Shown here: positions 43,601 through 51,281 of the stretch, in pieces
Position numbering within the stretch: position 1 is the stretch's first letter
How the letters are laid out: every line of letters starts with the position of its first letter
NCBI GenBank assembly: GCA_016190935.1
Contig: JACPPP010000133.1
Location: forward strand, 1 to 56,427
Origin: Armatimonadota bacterium
GTDB lineage: Bacteria > Armatimonadota > UBA5829 > DTLH01
Direction of reading: 5' to 3'
Length of the DNA stretch: 56,427 bases
The notes under the pieces: generated by a model
What the model was told of the DNA's origin: nothing
Databases searched by the model: none
Seen by the model: the letters and a program-made list of their open reading frames with translations, nothing else
Position numbers and translations under genes: made by a program

Positions 43601-44779
43601 GGTCGTCCCCGGAGGCGTGGTCAGCGAGAAATTCTTGGTAACTCCAGCCTGGGAGACGATTGTCACAGGCTCTGTGATTGTGACGTACCGATAGCCGCTG
43701 GCTTCGAGTGAATAGTCGCCAACGTCCAATATCATTAGGTATTGGCCGTCGGCATTCGTGACCGTTGACTGCGTGTCACCGGCAACCGGTACACTCAACG
43801 TCGCTCCAACAACCGGAGCGTTTCCGGGATCGTTTGCCGTAACCAAGCCGCTTACAATGCCTTTGCCCGGAATCAGGCTCAGCGAGAAGTCCTTGGCCGA
43901 CTTAGTGCCGGACAGAACCGATACGACAGATGTCGCAGTCTGGTAGTTCTCGCAACTGACTTCTACTGTCCGCTGGCCGCCGGGCAGGGCAAGGGAGTAT
44001 GTGCCGTCGGGCGCCGTCACGGTTGTACTGAAGACATTGTTGACGTCCCTGACGGTTGCCCAAGCCACGGGAGGGCTGCCGGCCACATTGGCCGTGACTT
44101 GTCCCTTGATTATGCCGTAGCCAGTGAGCAGCTCTATGTCCGCCACAACGCACGTTGTATCCCCACTGAATGTGTTGTCTATTCCCCATCCAAGGGCAAA
44201 GTCGACGATGTCACCTCCGGCAACGACATCGTTGATTTCGAACGGTGTGGTATCCGGAGGGGCGGCGAATTCGCGCCAAAGCTGCGTTCCATTCAGAAGA
44301 ATAGTCAGGTCGGTCTTGCCGAAATTGGACGGCGTGAACGATCCACGAACGGAGACAACACCGTCCGACGGACAACCCCAGCGGGCTATGCACCTTTCAC
44401 CTGTCATACCGGGGTGCATAGCTACAGTATAGGCAGGTATATTTCCCCAGTTGCCCGGGCTTAAGGCGTCGGAGTCCGTCGGATTGCAGAAAATCATGGG
44501 TTGGGTCAAAGCAGCCGGTGCCCACCACTGCACCATAGACCACCCGAGTGGAAAACTCGGGCCAGCCGTTCCGCTGACTACATCCAAATTTAATGTATAT
44601 CCGGGTCCCGCTTCAAAATCGGACTTGGACGCCCATCCGTAGCTCCAGTTGCCGTTGGGGTTGCTCGCTATCGACCAGTCGCCCGCCAGACTCCAGGTCG
44701 CGCCAAATCCAGGCGCCACAGCAAGGACGATCCCCACTAGAACCATAACCCAGAAAACGGACCTTGTTAATCGAGACAT
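40607..44779 (-). CDS. Giant secreted modular protein (1390 aa): N-module, then CarboxypepD_reg-like and right-handed beta-helix units twice, then CarboxypepD_reg-like and a C-terminal YYIEEPDR module
   Basis: Start at the ATG at 44779 (AGGAG RBS) before the signal peptide. Approximate modules: N-module 44126-44701; reg-like pair 43619-44119; beta-helix 1 42647-43612; reg-like 42389-42625; beta-helix 2 41477-42385; reg-like 41219-41461; YYIEEPDR module 40610-41212. Both helices end with GRDYHL..GS.AIN.G.DVGLPF..PAPDRGAFES. Confidence 0.8.
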   Translation of the reverse strand: MSRLTRSVFWVMVLVGIVLAVAPGFGATWSLAGDWSIASNPNGNWSYGWASKSDFEAGPGYTLNLDVVSGTAGPSFPLGWSMVQWWAPAALTQPMIFCNPTDSDALSPGNWGNIPAYTVAMHPGMTGERCIARWGCPSDGVVSVRGSFTPSNFGKTDLTILLNGTQLWREFAAPPDTTPFEINDVVAGGDIVDFALGWGIDNTFSGDTTCVVADIELLTGYGIIKGQVTANVAGSPPVAWATVRDVNNVFSTTVTAPDGTYSLALPGGQRTVEVSCENYQTATSVVSVLSGTKSAKDFSLSLIPGKGIVSGLVTANDPGNAPVVGATLSVPVAGDTQSTVTNADGQYLMILDVGDYSLEASGYRYVTITEPVTIVSQAGVTKNFSLTTPPGTTYYVKADGDDSLSGTSIVEAWKTIDRGVYSKYDNQDPPQLLWPAVLGPGDTVLVQPGMYPVYGDEGAWQRSAGLLRASGRPYHPLTYIADNKVPGDRVLIYDDQNLDDRKYGMAVQGAHDVVVDGFEFSGCSIGVMVQGTSADVLVQNCYVHDLTSITLYPSEGCAGFQDVWGADNTTYFHNVVVSDSGLASDVGVYTDANSNAKIYNNTFVGLSQGVFIGNSLGGTNVANNIITDSKFSGINSVYGDVGFSHSYNLFYNNPDDVIGTSLGTGEFNIDPMFVDAAGRDYHLASGSPAINTGLDVGLPFTGPAPDRGAFESSSTTPASGIRGTVTANTEEHTPIPGAVVSSSSGVWSTTAADGTYWLVLPPGTYTVDVSYPDAAPALATITVQTEETVVHDFVLSALPGVTYYVKPTGDDDADGLSLQTAWASIDNGDRLKQLKANDTILVQPGTYSLWTAVGGKTAADIRMCGGNMLAPITYKAETASGRVLINGNNAAGVTMGIHVATTAATYIVIDGFEVIGCFHGVFVSDGANHVKVKNCLVHDSNQATYGYSTGFCDAYNNSDNTYCNNVVYGKAAAVDDRGFYTTGNCSNLKIYNNTFVSTSTGALMDTSPNSSVVNNIITESKVQALSYNRALAHSHNLFYNNVVDYGSGASPGVAEFNADPLFVNASGRDYHLQAGSLAINSGVDVGLPFTPPAPDRGAFESASTTPIGLVTGIVNSSELGNPSLSGAKVGLLDNSVWALTDQNGSYTLALAPGSQTLMASKTGYETAQATVAVVAGTTKTQNFTLDLPGAAYTRILDIKRLDPGTSVRLTDAKVSTAASGTFSDGSYYIEEPDRSCGIKVVPRSGVTAVSLGDSMTLTGIVANDANGEKYIDATSVSPTPGIPLGPLGINNRTVSGTGTSTSGLLVTIWGRVTFKGANYIYVDDGSAVNDGSGVAVGVRVMLSGLTSPITKDLNGEPYVAITGLAGLAKEGTTIISAIRPRGDTDVIVNP

Positions 44780-44996
44780 ACTTATGCTCCTTTCATCTCC
44801 TTTTTGCTGCACCACAGCAACACAACTCAAGTTTGTCCTGTGGTACCATCATAACTCTTTCACAGGAATCATAGGCCACGCTGGACCATTGCTCTTGGAA
44901 CCACCTCCCTCGAAGAACTGACTAGAATCTACAGCAAGTTATTCGAAAACATACTGGACAAAAGCATGAAGTTTTCACACCCCTATGGGGCAAGGT

Positions 44997-45689
44997 TCAC
45001 ATAGTGGGCTGTCCAGGGTAGGCCGTCCATGTTAGGTTCGTATAGTAATCGCGCTTGACCCACCGCGCATGACCGTCACAGTGACTGAAATTGCAGCCTC
45101 CAATGTGAACGTCCGTTGGTGTCTTGACCGACGGGACGAACCAGCCATCGACAACGGGAAGAACTATCTTCAAGGCCTTGTTGAGGCCACCGGCTCCCTC
45201 ATCAACTAGTAGAACCGTCTTTGATGGAGTCACTATCAGACTGTCCTGCATCGGAGGAATGTAATTCGAAACACAGTAATTTACTGTGTAGCTGAGAGGG
45301 AAATTTCTCGTCTTCACATGAATATCGGAGGGGCAAACGTAGACCTTTGTGCTCTTAACATATGGAAAGATGACTCCCTTCCGCACATTCACCGTGATAC
45401 CCGGTTTTGCATAGTTGCCGGAGAACCGCCCTTCCAGGCGGACCCAGTCCGGCCAGTTAGGATTTCCCATCGCTCCCAGAGCAGCGCCGGTAGGGTAGGT
45501 GCCGTTCCATTCATTGATATACATGCGGAACCCGGTAGTCAGTTGCTTCATGTTGTCCAGGCAAGACGTCTGGCGTGCTTTCTCCTGAGCTGTTACGAAC
45601 ACAGGAAACAGAATTGCAGCCAGTATCGCGATTATCGCGATGACTACCAGAAGCTCAATCAGCGTAAAACCAGAGGATTTTCTAACCAT
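44997..45689 (-). CDS. Prepilin-type N-terminal cleavage/methylation domain protein with C-terminal H-X9-DG motif (pseudopilin-like), 230 aa
   Basis: [26 protein letters not shown]-terminus. C-terminal [12 protein letters not shown] has exactly H-x9-DG. ATG at 45689 lies 11 nt after AAGGAG. Confidence 0.85.
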   Translation of the reverse strand: MVRKSSGFTLIELLVVIAIIAILAAILFPVFVTAQEKARQTSCLDNMKQLTTGFRMYINEWNGTYPTGAALGAMGNPNWPDWVRLEGRFSGNYAKPGITVNVRKGVIFPYVKSTKVYVCPSDIHVKTRNFPLSYTVNYCVSNYIPPMQDSLIVTPSKTVLLVDEGAGGLNKALKIVLPVVDGWFVPSVKTPTDVHIGGCNFSHCDGHARWVKRDYYTNLTWTAYPGQPTM

Positions 45690-45760
45690 TGATTTTTCCA
45701 CTCCTTTTCCGTTTCCAAATTACGGATCGCCCTCAATATGGCACCCCGTCCGCAACTCTT

Positions 45761-45802
45761 CGTTCATTATTCACTACAGTTCTACGTTCGTTATTCACTA
45801 CA
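45761..45802. repeat. Two 18-bp direct repeats with 24-bp period (cgttcATtattcactaca / cgttcGTtattcactaca) in the pseudopilin leader
   Basis: 45761-45778 and 45785-45802 match at 17/18 positions. They lie 72-113 nt upstream of the start codon, inside the predicted 5-prime UTR. Confidence 0.55.
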
Positions 45803-45868
45803 ACTTTACGGTAGTCCGCTGTCACGCTATGTGAAGAAGGCAGATTTAACGATCTGCTCTCGCATTCT

Positions 45869-45886
45869 GTCCGAAATCTACCGAAC
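45869..45886. promoter_or_regulatory. Variant operator-like site GTCCG-N7-CCGAAC
   Basis: gtccgaaatctaccgaac has the same half-sites as 45923-45938 and 55205-55220, but the centre is 2 nt longer. Confidence 0.35.
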
Positions 45887-45922
45887 AGTCCATTGACCTC
45901 ATAGCTAATAGCATACGATAAT

Positions 45923-45938
45923 GTTCGGTATACCGGAC
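45923..45938 (-). promoter_or_regulatory. Palindromic operator candidate GTCCGGTATACCGAAC (minus strand), 14 nt downstream of the -10
   Basis: 15/16 identical to 55205-55220. The core CGGTATACCG is a perfect palindrome, flanked by a CATAT/TATGC-type outer symmetry. Confidence 0.6.
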
Positions 45939-45952
45939 GATATGCTGATTGT

Positions 45953-45981
45953 AATATACCTCACGATCACCACAATGTCAA
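45953..45981 (-). promoter_or_regulatory. sigma70-type promoter for the pseudopilin/giant-protein unit: TTGACA-17 nt-TATATT, A-rich upstream tract
   Basis: Minus strand reads aaaaagcacTTGACAttgtggtgatcgtgaggTATATTacaatc. It implies a leader of about 255 nt. Confidence 0.6.
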
Positions 45982-46272
45982 GTGCTTTTTCATTATTTTT
46001 GCGATTTTTTTCGCCTCACCCGGTGCTCTTCTGAAGCAGTTTGTCTTGCCTAATACCCCGGTAATGCGAAAATCATGCCACTGCCGCCAGAACTTCGTGC
46101 ATCCCGACTGTCAGGTGGTCAAAACTATGGATATGTTTGGCATACCGAACGCATTATTTACAAGATGGCACCGGATGCCGATCCAAACAACCACTTTACG
46201 CACGACACCACACCCAACCACACTAACAATTCCTGGCGTCAAAATTGAGCGCCGACACACTACATCAGCCGG

Positions 46273-47433
46273 CTATTCTGCAGCGACTTTAGCCCAACCC
46301 CCGCTCCTCATTGACACTATAGCGGCTTCCAATACGAGCATCTCGGTATGGCCTGCGGTGAAGTCAGGTAGTTGCACATCAGGCTCTTTTCCCTCTCGCC
46401 TCATATCGATAGCCCTGTAGAAGTCGATCAACAAGTTGAGAACCGCATCCATATAACCCATGGGATGCCCGGATGGCAGTCTAGCGTACCGCCTGGTACC
46501 TTCGACCTGAAGTATTGGGCTCTCGACGAAGATCTGATTGGCCTCATTCCTGTGACCTAGCCATAGTTCGGTCGATTTCCCATGCTCCCACGCCAAAGAG
46601 CCATCTGAGCCATAGATCTCAATGCTGATCTCAGCTTTCCTGCCCGCGGCCAATTGTGATGTAATGAAAGTGCCGGACGCCCCATCGTTGAACCGTAGAA
46701 GCAAGGCCCCATAATCATCTAAGGTGATCGGAACGTCTTCGTACTCGATATCTGTAGCTTGGGAGAAGGTCAGGGTCTCTGTGTTCTTGGGCCATTTCCT
46801 CACAGGCAGTATCGTCCGCAACTCTGCCATCACTTCAGTGATTTTCAAACCCGAGATGAATTGCGCAAGATCGCACCAATGGCTGCCCAAGTCACCTATG
46901 ATATTCGACGATCCGGCCATACGGGGATCAAGCCTCCAAGAATAATCAGTTTCATAAAGGAGCCAGTCCTGAAGGAAACTCCCCATTATGCTGTATACTC
47001 TGCCGATGTCGCCTCTTGCGACCCGCGCCGCCGCATGTTGGACAACCGGATAGTAGCGGTAGCAGAAATTCACGGCGGTAACAGCGCCATACTCCCTGGC
47101 TAGGCCGACAAGCTCTGCCGACTCTCTTGAGTTGAGGGCGAGCGGTTTCTCAGAGAAGACATCCTTGCCAGCACTTATCGCAAGCTTGCTCAATTCGAAG
47201 TGCAGGCTGCTCGGCGTGCAGTTGTGAATAACATCCACGTCCTTATCTTCGATCGCCTCCCTCGCATCGCTGTATACTTTTGGGATTTCATATCGGGATG
47301 CTGCATAGGATGCCAACTTGACATTCTTGTCCGATATCCCCAATATTTGCACACTCGGCACGCGCATCAGTTGGTCGATGTGCACCATACCCATATAGCC
47401 TGTTCCGATGACTGCAACATTGCATTTACTCAT
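46273..47433 (-). CDS. Gfo/Idh/MocA-family oxidoreductase, 386 aa
   Basis: NVAVIGTGYMGMVHIDQL Rossmann start and the EKP motif (FSEKPL). The GGAGG RBS lies in the last codons of the upstream small ORF. Confidence 0.8.
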   Translation of the reverse strand: MSKCNVAVIGTGYMGMVHIDQLMRVPSVQILGISDKNVKLASYAASRYEIPKVYSDAREAIEDKDVDVIHNCTPSSLHFELSKLAISAGKDVFSEKPLALNSRESAELVGLAREYGAVTAVNFCYRYYPVVQHAAARVARGDIGRVYSIMGSFLQDWLLYETDYSWRLDPRMAGSSNIIGDLGSHWCDLAQFISGLKITEVMAELRTILPVRKWPKNTETLTFSQATDIEYEDVPITLDDYGALLLRFNDGASGTFITSQLAAGRKAEISIEIYGSDGSLAWEHGKSTELWLGHRNEANQIFVESPILQVEGTRRYARLPSGHPMGYMDAVLNLLIDFYRAIDMRREGKEPDVQLPDFTAGHTEMLVLEAAIVSMRSGGWAKVAAE

Positions 47434-47438
47434 CGTTC

Positions 47439-47926
47439 CTAACCTCCGAGCAGACTGGTCATCACATAAAGGTCCAGATCCTCGTAATCTCGTTCCCCAA
47501 TCGCATCGCTCATCTTTGAATCATCGATGCTCCTCGATATCTCCAACAGTCGCAGGAAGACCGCCCGGCTGTTGCTGAGATGCTTGGTTGCGACCGGTGC
47601 CTTCTGAGTACGCATCGCTTTTACGTCCAAGCCGACCCACTCACCGTTCTTTCCGTAGTCGTAACGATCTAGTAGAGCGATTCCAAAATAACATGCTGCC
47701 GAGGTTGCCTGTCATGCTGAACTCGATTCAGCATCTTCTTCGCACACAGTCGGATCCTGAATCAAGTTCAGGATGACATGGTAATTAGGAATCGCTCTAC
47801 TAGTTCACCACTGTAGATGATATTGAGAGTAGTCCGAACCTCTTGCCCCGGGCGCTCGATAAGCCGACGAGCGTCATTTGGTAGATCGATCAGACCTGCA
47901 ATGCTATCGAAGTCTATTACTGGCAT
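47439..47926 (-). pseudogene. 118-codon ORF split by a MITE; its C-terminal part resembles the C-terminus of xylose-isomerase-family proteins
   Basis: The 5-prime piece (47768-47926, 52 codons) has a GGAGG RBS. The 3-prime piece is in another frame. Removing 47672-47802 restores one ORF reading ...IIYSGELDRYDYGKNGEWVGLDVKAMRTQ...LDLYVMTSLLGG. Confidence 0.55.
47672..47800. mobile_element. 129-bp MITE-like palindromic element with TA duplication in a CTAG site
   Basis: Perfect 13-bp termini GTAGAGCGATTCC / GGAATCGCTCTAC (16 bp if the flanking CTAG is counted, 47669-47684 and 47788-47803). TA lies at 47670-47671 and 47801-47802. Each arm carries its own hairpin (gtcatgctgaactcgattcagcatc and ggatcctgaatcaagttcaggatgac). 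Confidence 0.7.
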
Positions 47927-47970
47927 TGTTGTTCTACCTCCTCACTGAGATATTCAGATACTGCCTTTCA

Positions 47971-50900
47971 CTACCACCAGTGTTCATTCTCGTATTCTAC
48001 GGTATCCTGACAGTCAAATAGAGTCACAGACCTCGGCAGCTTGGACGCAGCCCCCGCCAGGACAAGCGTGGCTGGGGCGCCTTCCTTGAGCATGCCGGAC
48101 GGCACTGTCAGGCTCATGACTCCAGACGCGTTGCGCCACCCTCCCGCTCTAGGCTCGAATCCAAGTTCAACCTGACCATCAGCCGACGTCCACTTCGTAC
48201 GTGTATGGGCGCAATCGAAATCGATCACAGGCTTATCGTTTAGGTAAATGGTAAACTTGCCGGTAGAGTCATCAGGACAGTTCAGGGTTGCTGTCCACAC
48301 CAGCCTTGCACGACCAGCCTGTCCGATCGTCACCGGCGCGGACTCCCATTCGATTCTCGAATCTGCATCGGCAGGTTGGATGCGCCAGCAGCGCCGTGAT
48401 GTATCACGGTAGTTCTGCGACATTGTATCGGGACTCGTGCACGAAATGACACGGGCGAATCCGTTTATACGAGGGACCGTGCTCGCCCGCAGGTAGTCCG
48501 CGGGAATGGCCCCGGCTGGCGCGAAGTTGGGACCTAGCGCGTATCTAATGAGTTGGTCAAGGATGTATATCGCCGGATCGCTGGAATTTACTGCATCCGC
48601 AAAGTTAAACCCGCTCACCAGAAGCCGCCCGCGTCCTACGGTTACTTCAAAGAGATAAGCTTTGTTCCTCAGCGTACCATGCACGTCCAGACACCTGACG
48701 GTTGGGTCAACCTTGACCGGAAGGCCGTCAAGCACTACGGCCAGGGATTTCTCGATCAAACAGTGGAACTGAAGGCTACACCACCCATCGTTAGGCACCG
48801 CCGCGACCGCCGGATGATCGGCCCGAATTACGGTTCCCGTGTTGTTGTCCCATGCCGCGTCGCCAACCCACCAACAAGGCTTGAACTTCGATGGCAGGGT
48901 AGGGAATACTTGTTTCGGGGAAATGAGCAATACTCTCCCGCCGTTCTCAAGGTAATCAACCGTGACTTCTTCCAAGCGAGAGGCGACGATGAGATCATAG
49001 TTGGATAGATCCGAAGCGGAGGCCAGCTTCGTTGCAGTTGGATACAGTCCATCGACCGGCTGGCAGCCGACTATCGCCAGTTGCTGCGCCCTTGGGCTCA
49101 GCCGCCCTTCAGGAAACACCCAAAAGTCCCAATCGTTCTCGGACTTGCCGTTCTGATCGGTTATCTGAGCCGCGAAAGTCAGCTTCGCAGCCTTGTCAAC
49201 ACTTGGCATCTTGAGCGAGAGCGAGACCAGTTCTTGTAGACCATCGGACCTGATTTTGATATGGTCCTTCGATCCCGACTCCAACACTCCCTCGCCTGCC
49301 CGAAGCTCCCAATGGAGGGACGCGTTATCAGAAGGATCATCCTCATACCTTGACACTAAAACAGTGAGATTTACGGTTTCACCACACCGATAGTTGCGGC
49401 GTGCGCAGTCCATAAGCAAGACTGTGGGAGAGTTGAACTTGCGAAACTCCGCGGCGGTGCTTCCTTTCGGTCGATAGAACATGTCCAGCACGCCGTTTGA
49501 TCCATTCCAATAATCCTGGAGGAGCCACTGGTTGTAGCCCATTATGCCTTGAGAGCGGCGCGCCGCCTCAATGTTACACTTCAGCGCCAGAGTCTGCAGC
49601 TTCATGGAGTTCGCCACCCATTGGGGATAGACATCCGTTAAGCCCCCTTTGGCTACCAGGTCGCGGGCTTTGTATAGCCACCACGGGCGAATTCCATCAC
49701 CAAATAGCTGAATCTGCGATAGATCGGGAAGCGTTCCGAAGTTGCTCATCTCATGGACAATGACCGGCTTATCAGGTTTCGGGTCCGGCAAGTCATATTT
49801 ATCGTCATTGAACCCGAACATGTCCCACTCGGGGAACTGCCCGGTCAGATAATCTAAGGTATCCCTGGTTTTCTTGTTCAGGGTGTTGGCCCAAACACCA
49901 TCAGAGTCGATGACCAATCGCGTCGGGTCGGTCTCCTTTGCAATCTTGTACATCAGTGGCGCGATATCGAAGCCATCCCATTCCTCATTGGACATAGACC
50001 AAGACACTATCGAAGGATGGTTCCGCCTGGCCCTTATGATGCTCCCCCACTGCTCAATGTAGAGCTGCTTGCCGGCAGGCGTCGCGGCTTCGTAGAAAGG
50101 TCGATAGGCAATCGGGAATTCGGGCTGTAACATGATACCGAGTTCATCGGCTACGTCGAAATACTCATCCAGAGGGAACCAACTATGGTGCCGAACGAAG
50201 TTGAAGCCATACTCCTTGGCGATCTTGAATCGACGATAGTACTCCTTCTTGTCCACCGGTGGAGCGATTGTGTTGGGATAAATGCAATCGTCACCATAAC
50301 CTCTGAGAAAGATCGGCTTGCCATTGAGCAGGAACTGGTTCCCTTGCACCTTGAGTTCTCGCAGCCCGAACCGGTCGGAGACCGAGTCCAACTCTCGTCC
50401 GCCGCTGCCAACAAGTCTAACCTTTACGGTATAGAGATTCGGCTCTTTCGGTGTCCACAGCTTCGAATTGGCGATCTTGACAGGAATTGCGAGCGTCGTC
50501 GAGCCTCCCGTAAAGTCGGCTTCACTCCCACCGGCAGGCTTGCCTTTCCATTCGGATACTTCGGTGATGGCTCTGAGTCCTTTCCCAACGACTCCCGGTG
50601 CAGAGCTTTCGATCTCCACCCTAACTTCCGCCATTCCCTTATCGATATGCGGAACGACGAAAACGTTCTTGATCCACGTCCGATCTGTCACCTCCATCTG
50701 CACACTTCTATATAACCCGCCCCATGTGATGAAGACCTCATCTATGACGTCAAAACAACCCTTCAACGGGTCCAAGTCGTTGTTCTGGCGAGCGTCAACC
50801 CTCACAACGATATCGGTTGTGCGCTTCTGTAGATACTCCGAAACGTTGAATCTGAACGGTGTCAAGTACCCAACGTGGCTTCCGACCTTCTTCCCATTAA

Positions 50901-51249
50901 CCCAGACATCGGCATATCGGTGGACCCCGCCAAAGCTGAGCCAAACGATCTTGCCTTTCCAGTTCGCGGGAATGGTTACCTTACGCCGGTACCACGCAGG
51001 ACCGGGAAAGTCGTGGGATATCTTCTCAGCGCTCTTGCCTATGCCCTGGGCATTCCATGCCCCCGGCACATTAATGCTCCTGTCATAAGCGACACCGGGA
51101 TTGTACCATCCTTCCGATACCCCGACGTCCTTCGGGTCCATCCGAAAATCCCATTTTCCCGAAAGGCTCAACGTGTCCCTACCCACGGCACAAACGGATG
51201 ATGCCAGGACACTTGATACGATTGCGACGACCAGAACTGAGGATTTCAT
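47971..51249 (-). CDS. Secreted GH2-family glycoside hydrolase with a long C-terminal extension, 1092 aa
   Basis: Signal peptide. GH2 sugar-binding start (LSLSGKWDFRMDP...GWYNP...INVPGAWNAQG...GPAWYRRKVTIP...LSFGGVHRYADVWVNGKKVG). TIM barrel (GFNFVRHHSWFP, NHPSIVSWSMSNEEW). Confidence 0.8.
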   Translation of the reverse strand: MKSSVLVVAIVSSVLASSVCAVGRDTLSLSGKWDFRMDPKDVGVSEGWYNPGVAYDRSINVPGAWNAQGIGKSAEKISHDFPGPAWYRRKVTIPANWKGKIVWLSFGGVHRYADVWVNGKKVGSHVGYLTPFRFNVSEYLQKRTTDIVVRVDARQNNDLDPLKGCFDVIDEVFITWGGLYRSVQMEVTDRTWIKNVFVVPHIDKGMAEVRVEIESSAPGVVGKGLRAITEVSEWKGKPAGGSEADFTGGSTTLAIPVKIANSKLWTPKEPNLYTVKVRLVGSGGRELDSVSDRFGLRELKVQGNQFLLNGKPIFLRGYGDDCIYPNTIAPPVDKKEYYRRFKIAKEYGFNFVRHHSWFPLDEYFDVADELGIMLQPEFPIAYRPFYEAATPAGKQLYIEQWGSIIRARRNHPSIVSWSMSNEEWDGFDIAPLMYKIAKETDPTRLVIDSDGVWANTLNKKTRDTLDYLTGQFPEWDMFGFNDDKYDLPDPKPDKPVIVHEMSNFGTLPDLSQIQLFGDGIRPWWLYKARDLVAKGGLTDVYPQWVANSMKLQTLALKCNIEAARRSQGIMGYNQWLLQDYWNGSNGVLDMFYRPKGSTAAEFRKFNSPTVLLMDCARRNYRCGETVNLTVLVSRYEDDPSDNASLHWELRAGEGVLESGSKDHIKIRSDGLQELVSLSLKMPSVDKAAKLTFAAQITDQNGKSENDWDFWVFPEGRLSPRAQQLAIVGCQPVDGLYPTATKLASASDLSNYDLIVASRLEEVTVDYLENGGRVLLISPKQVFPTLPSKFKPCWWVGDAAWDNNTGTVIRADHPAVAAVPNDGWCSLQFHCLIEKSLAVVLDGLPVKVDPTVRCLDVHGTLRNKAYLFEVTVGRGRLLVSGFNFADAVNSSDPAIYILDQLIRYALGPNFAPAGAIPADYLRASTVPRINGFARVISCTSPDTMSQNYRDTSRRCWRIQPADADSRIEWESAPVTIGQAGRARLVWTATLNCPDDSTGKFTIYLNDKPVIDFDCAHTRTKWTSADGQVELGFEPRAGGWRNASGVMSLTVPSGMLKEGAPATLVLAGAASKLPRSVTLFDCQDTVEYENEHWW

Positions 51250-51281
51250 GCCCTACACACGCTCCTTTCCTCACATAGGTC

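Noticed and set aside
46046-46420. Plus-strand 124-aa ORF downstream of the pseudopilin promoter region.
   Set aside because: It overlaps the 3-prime end of the Gfo/Idh/MocA gene on the opposite strand, has no RBS, and its composition is Thr/Pro-rich.
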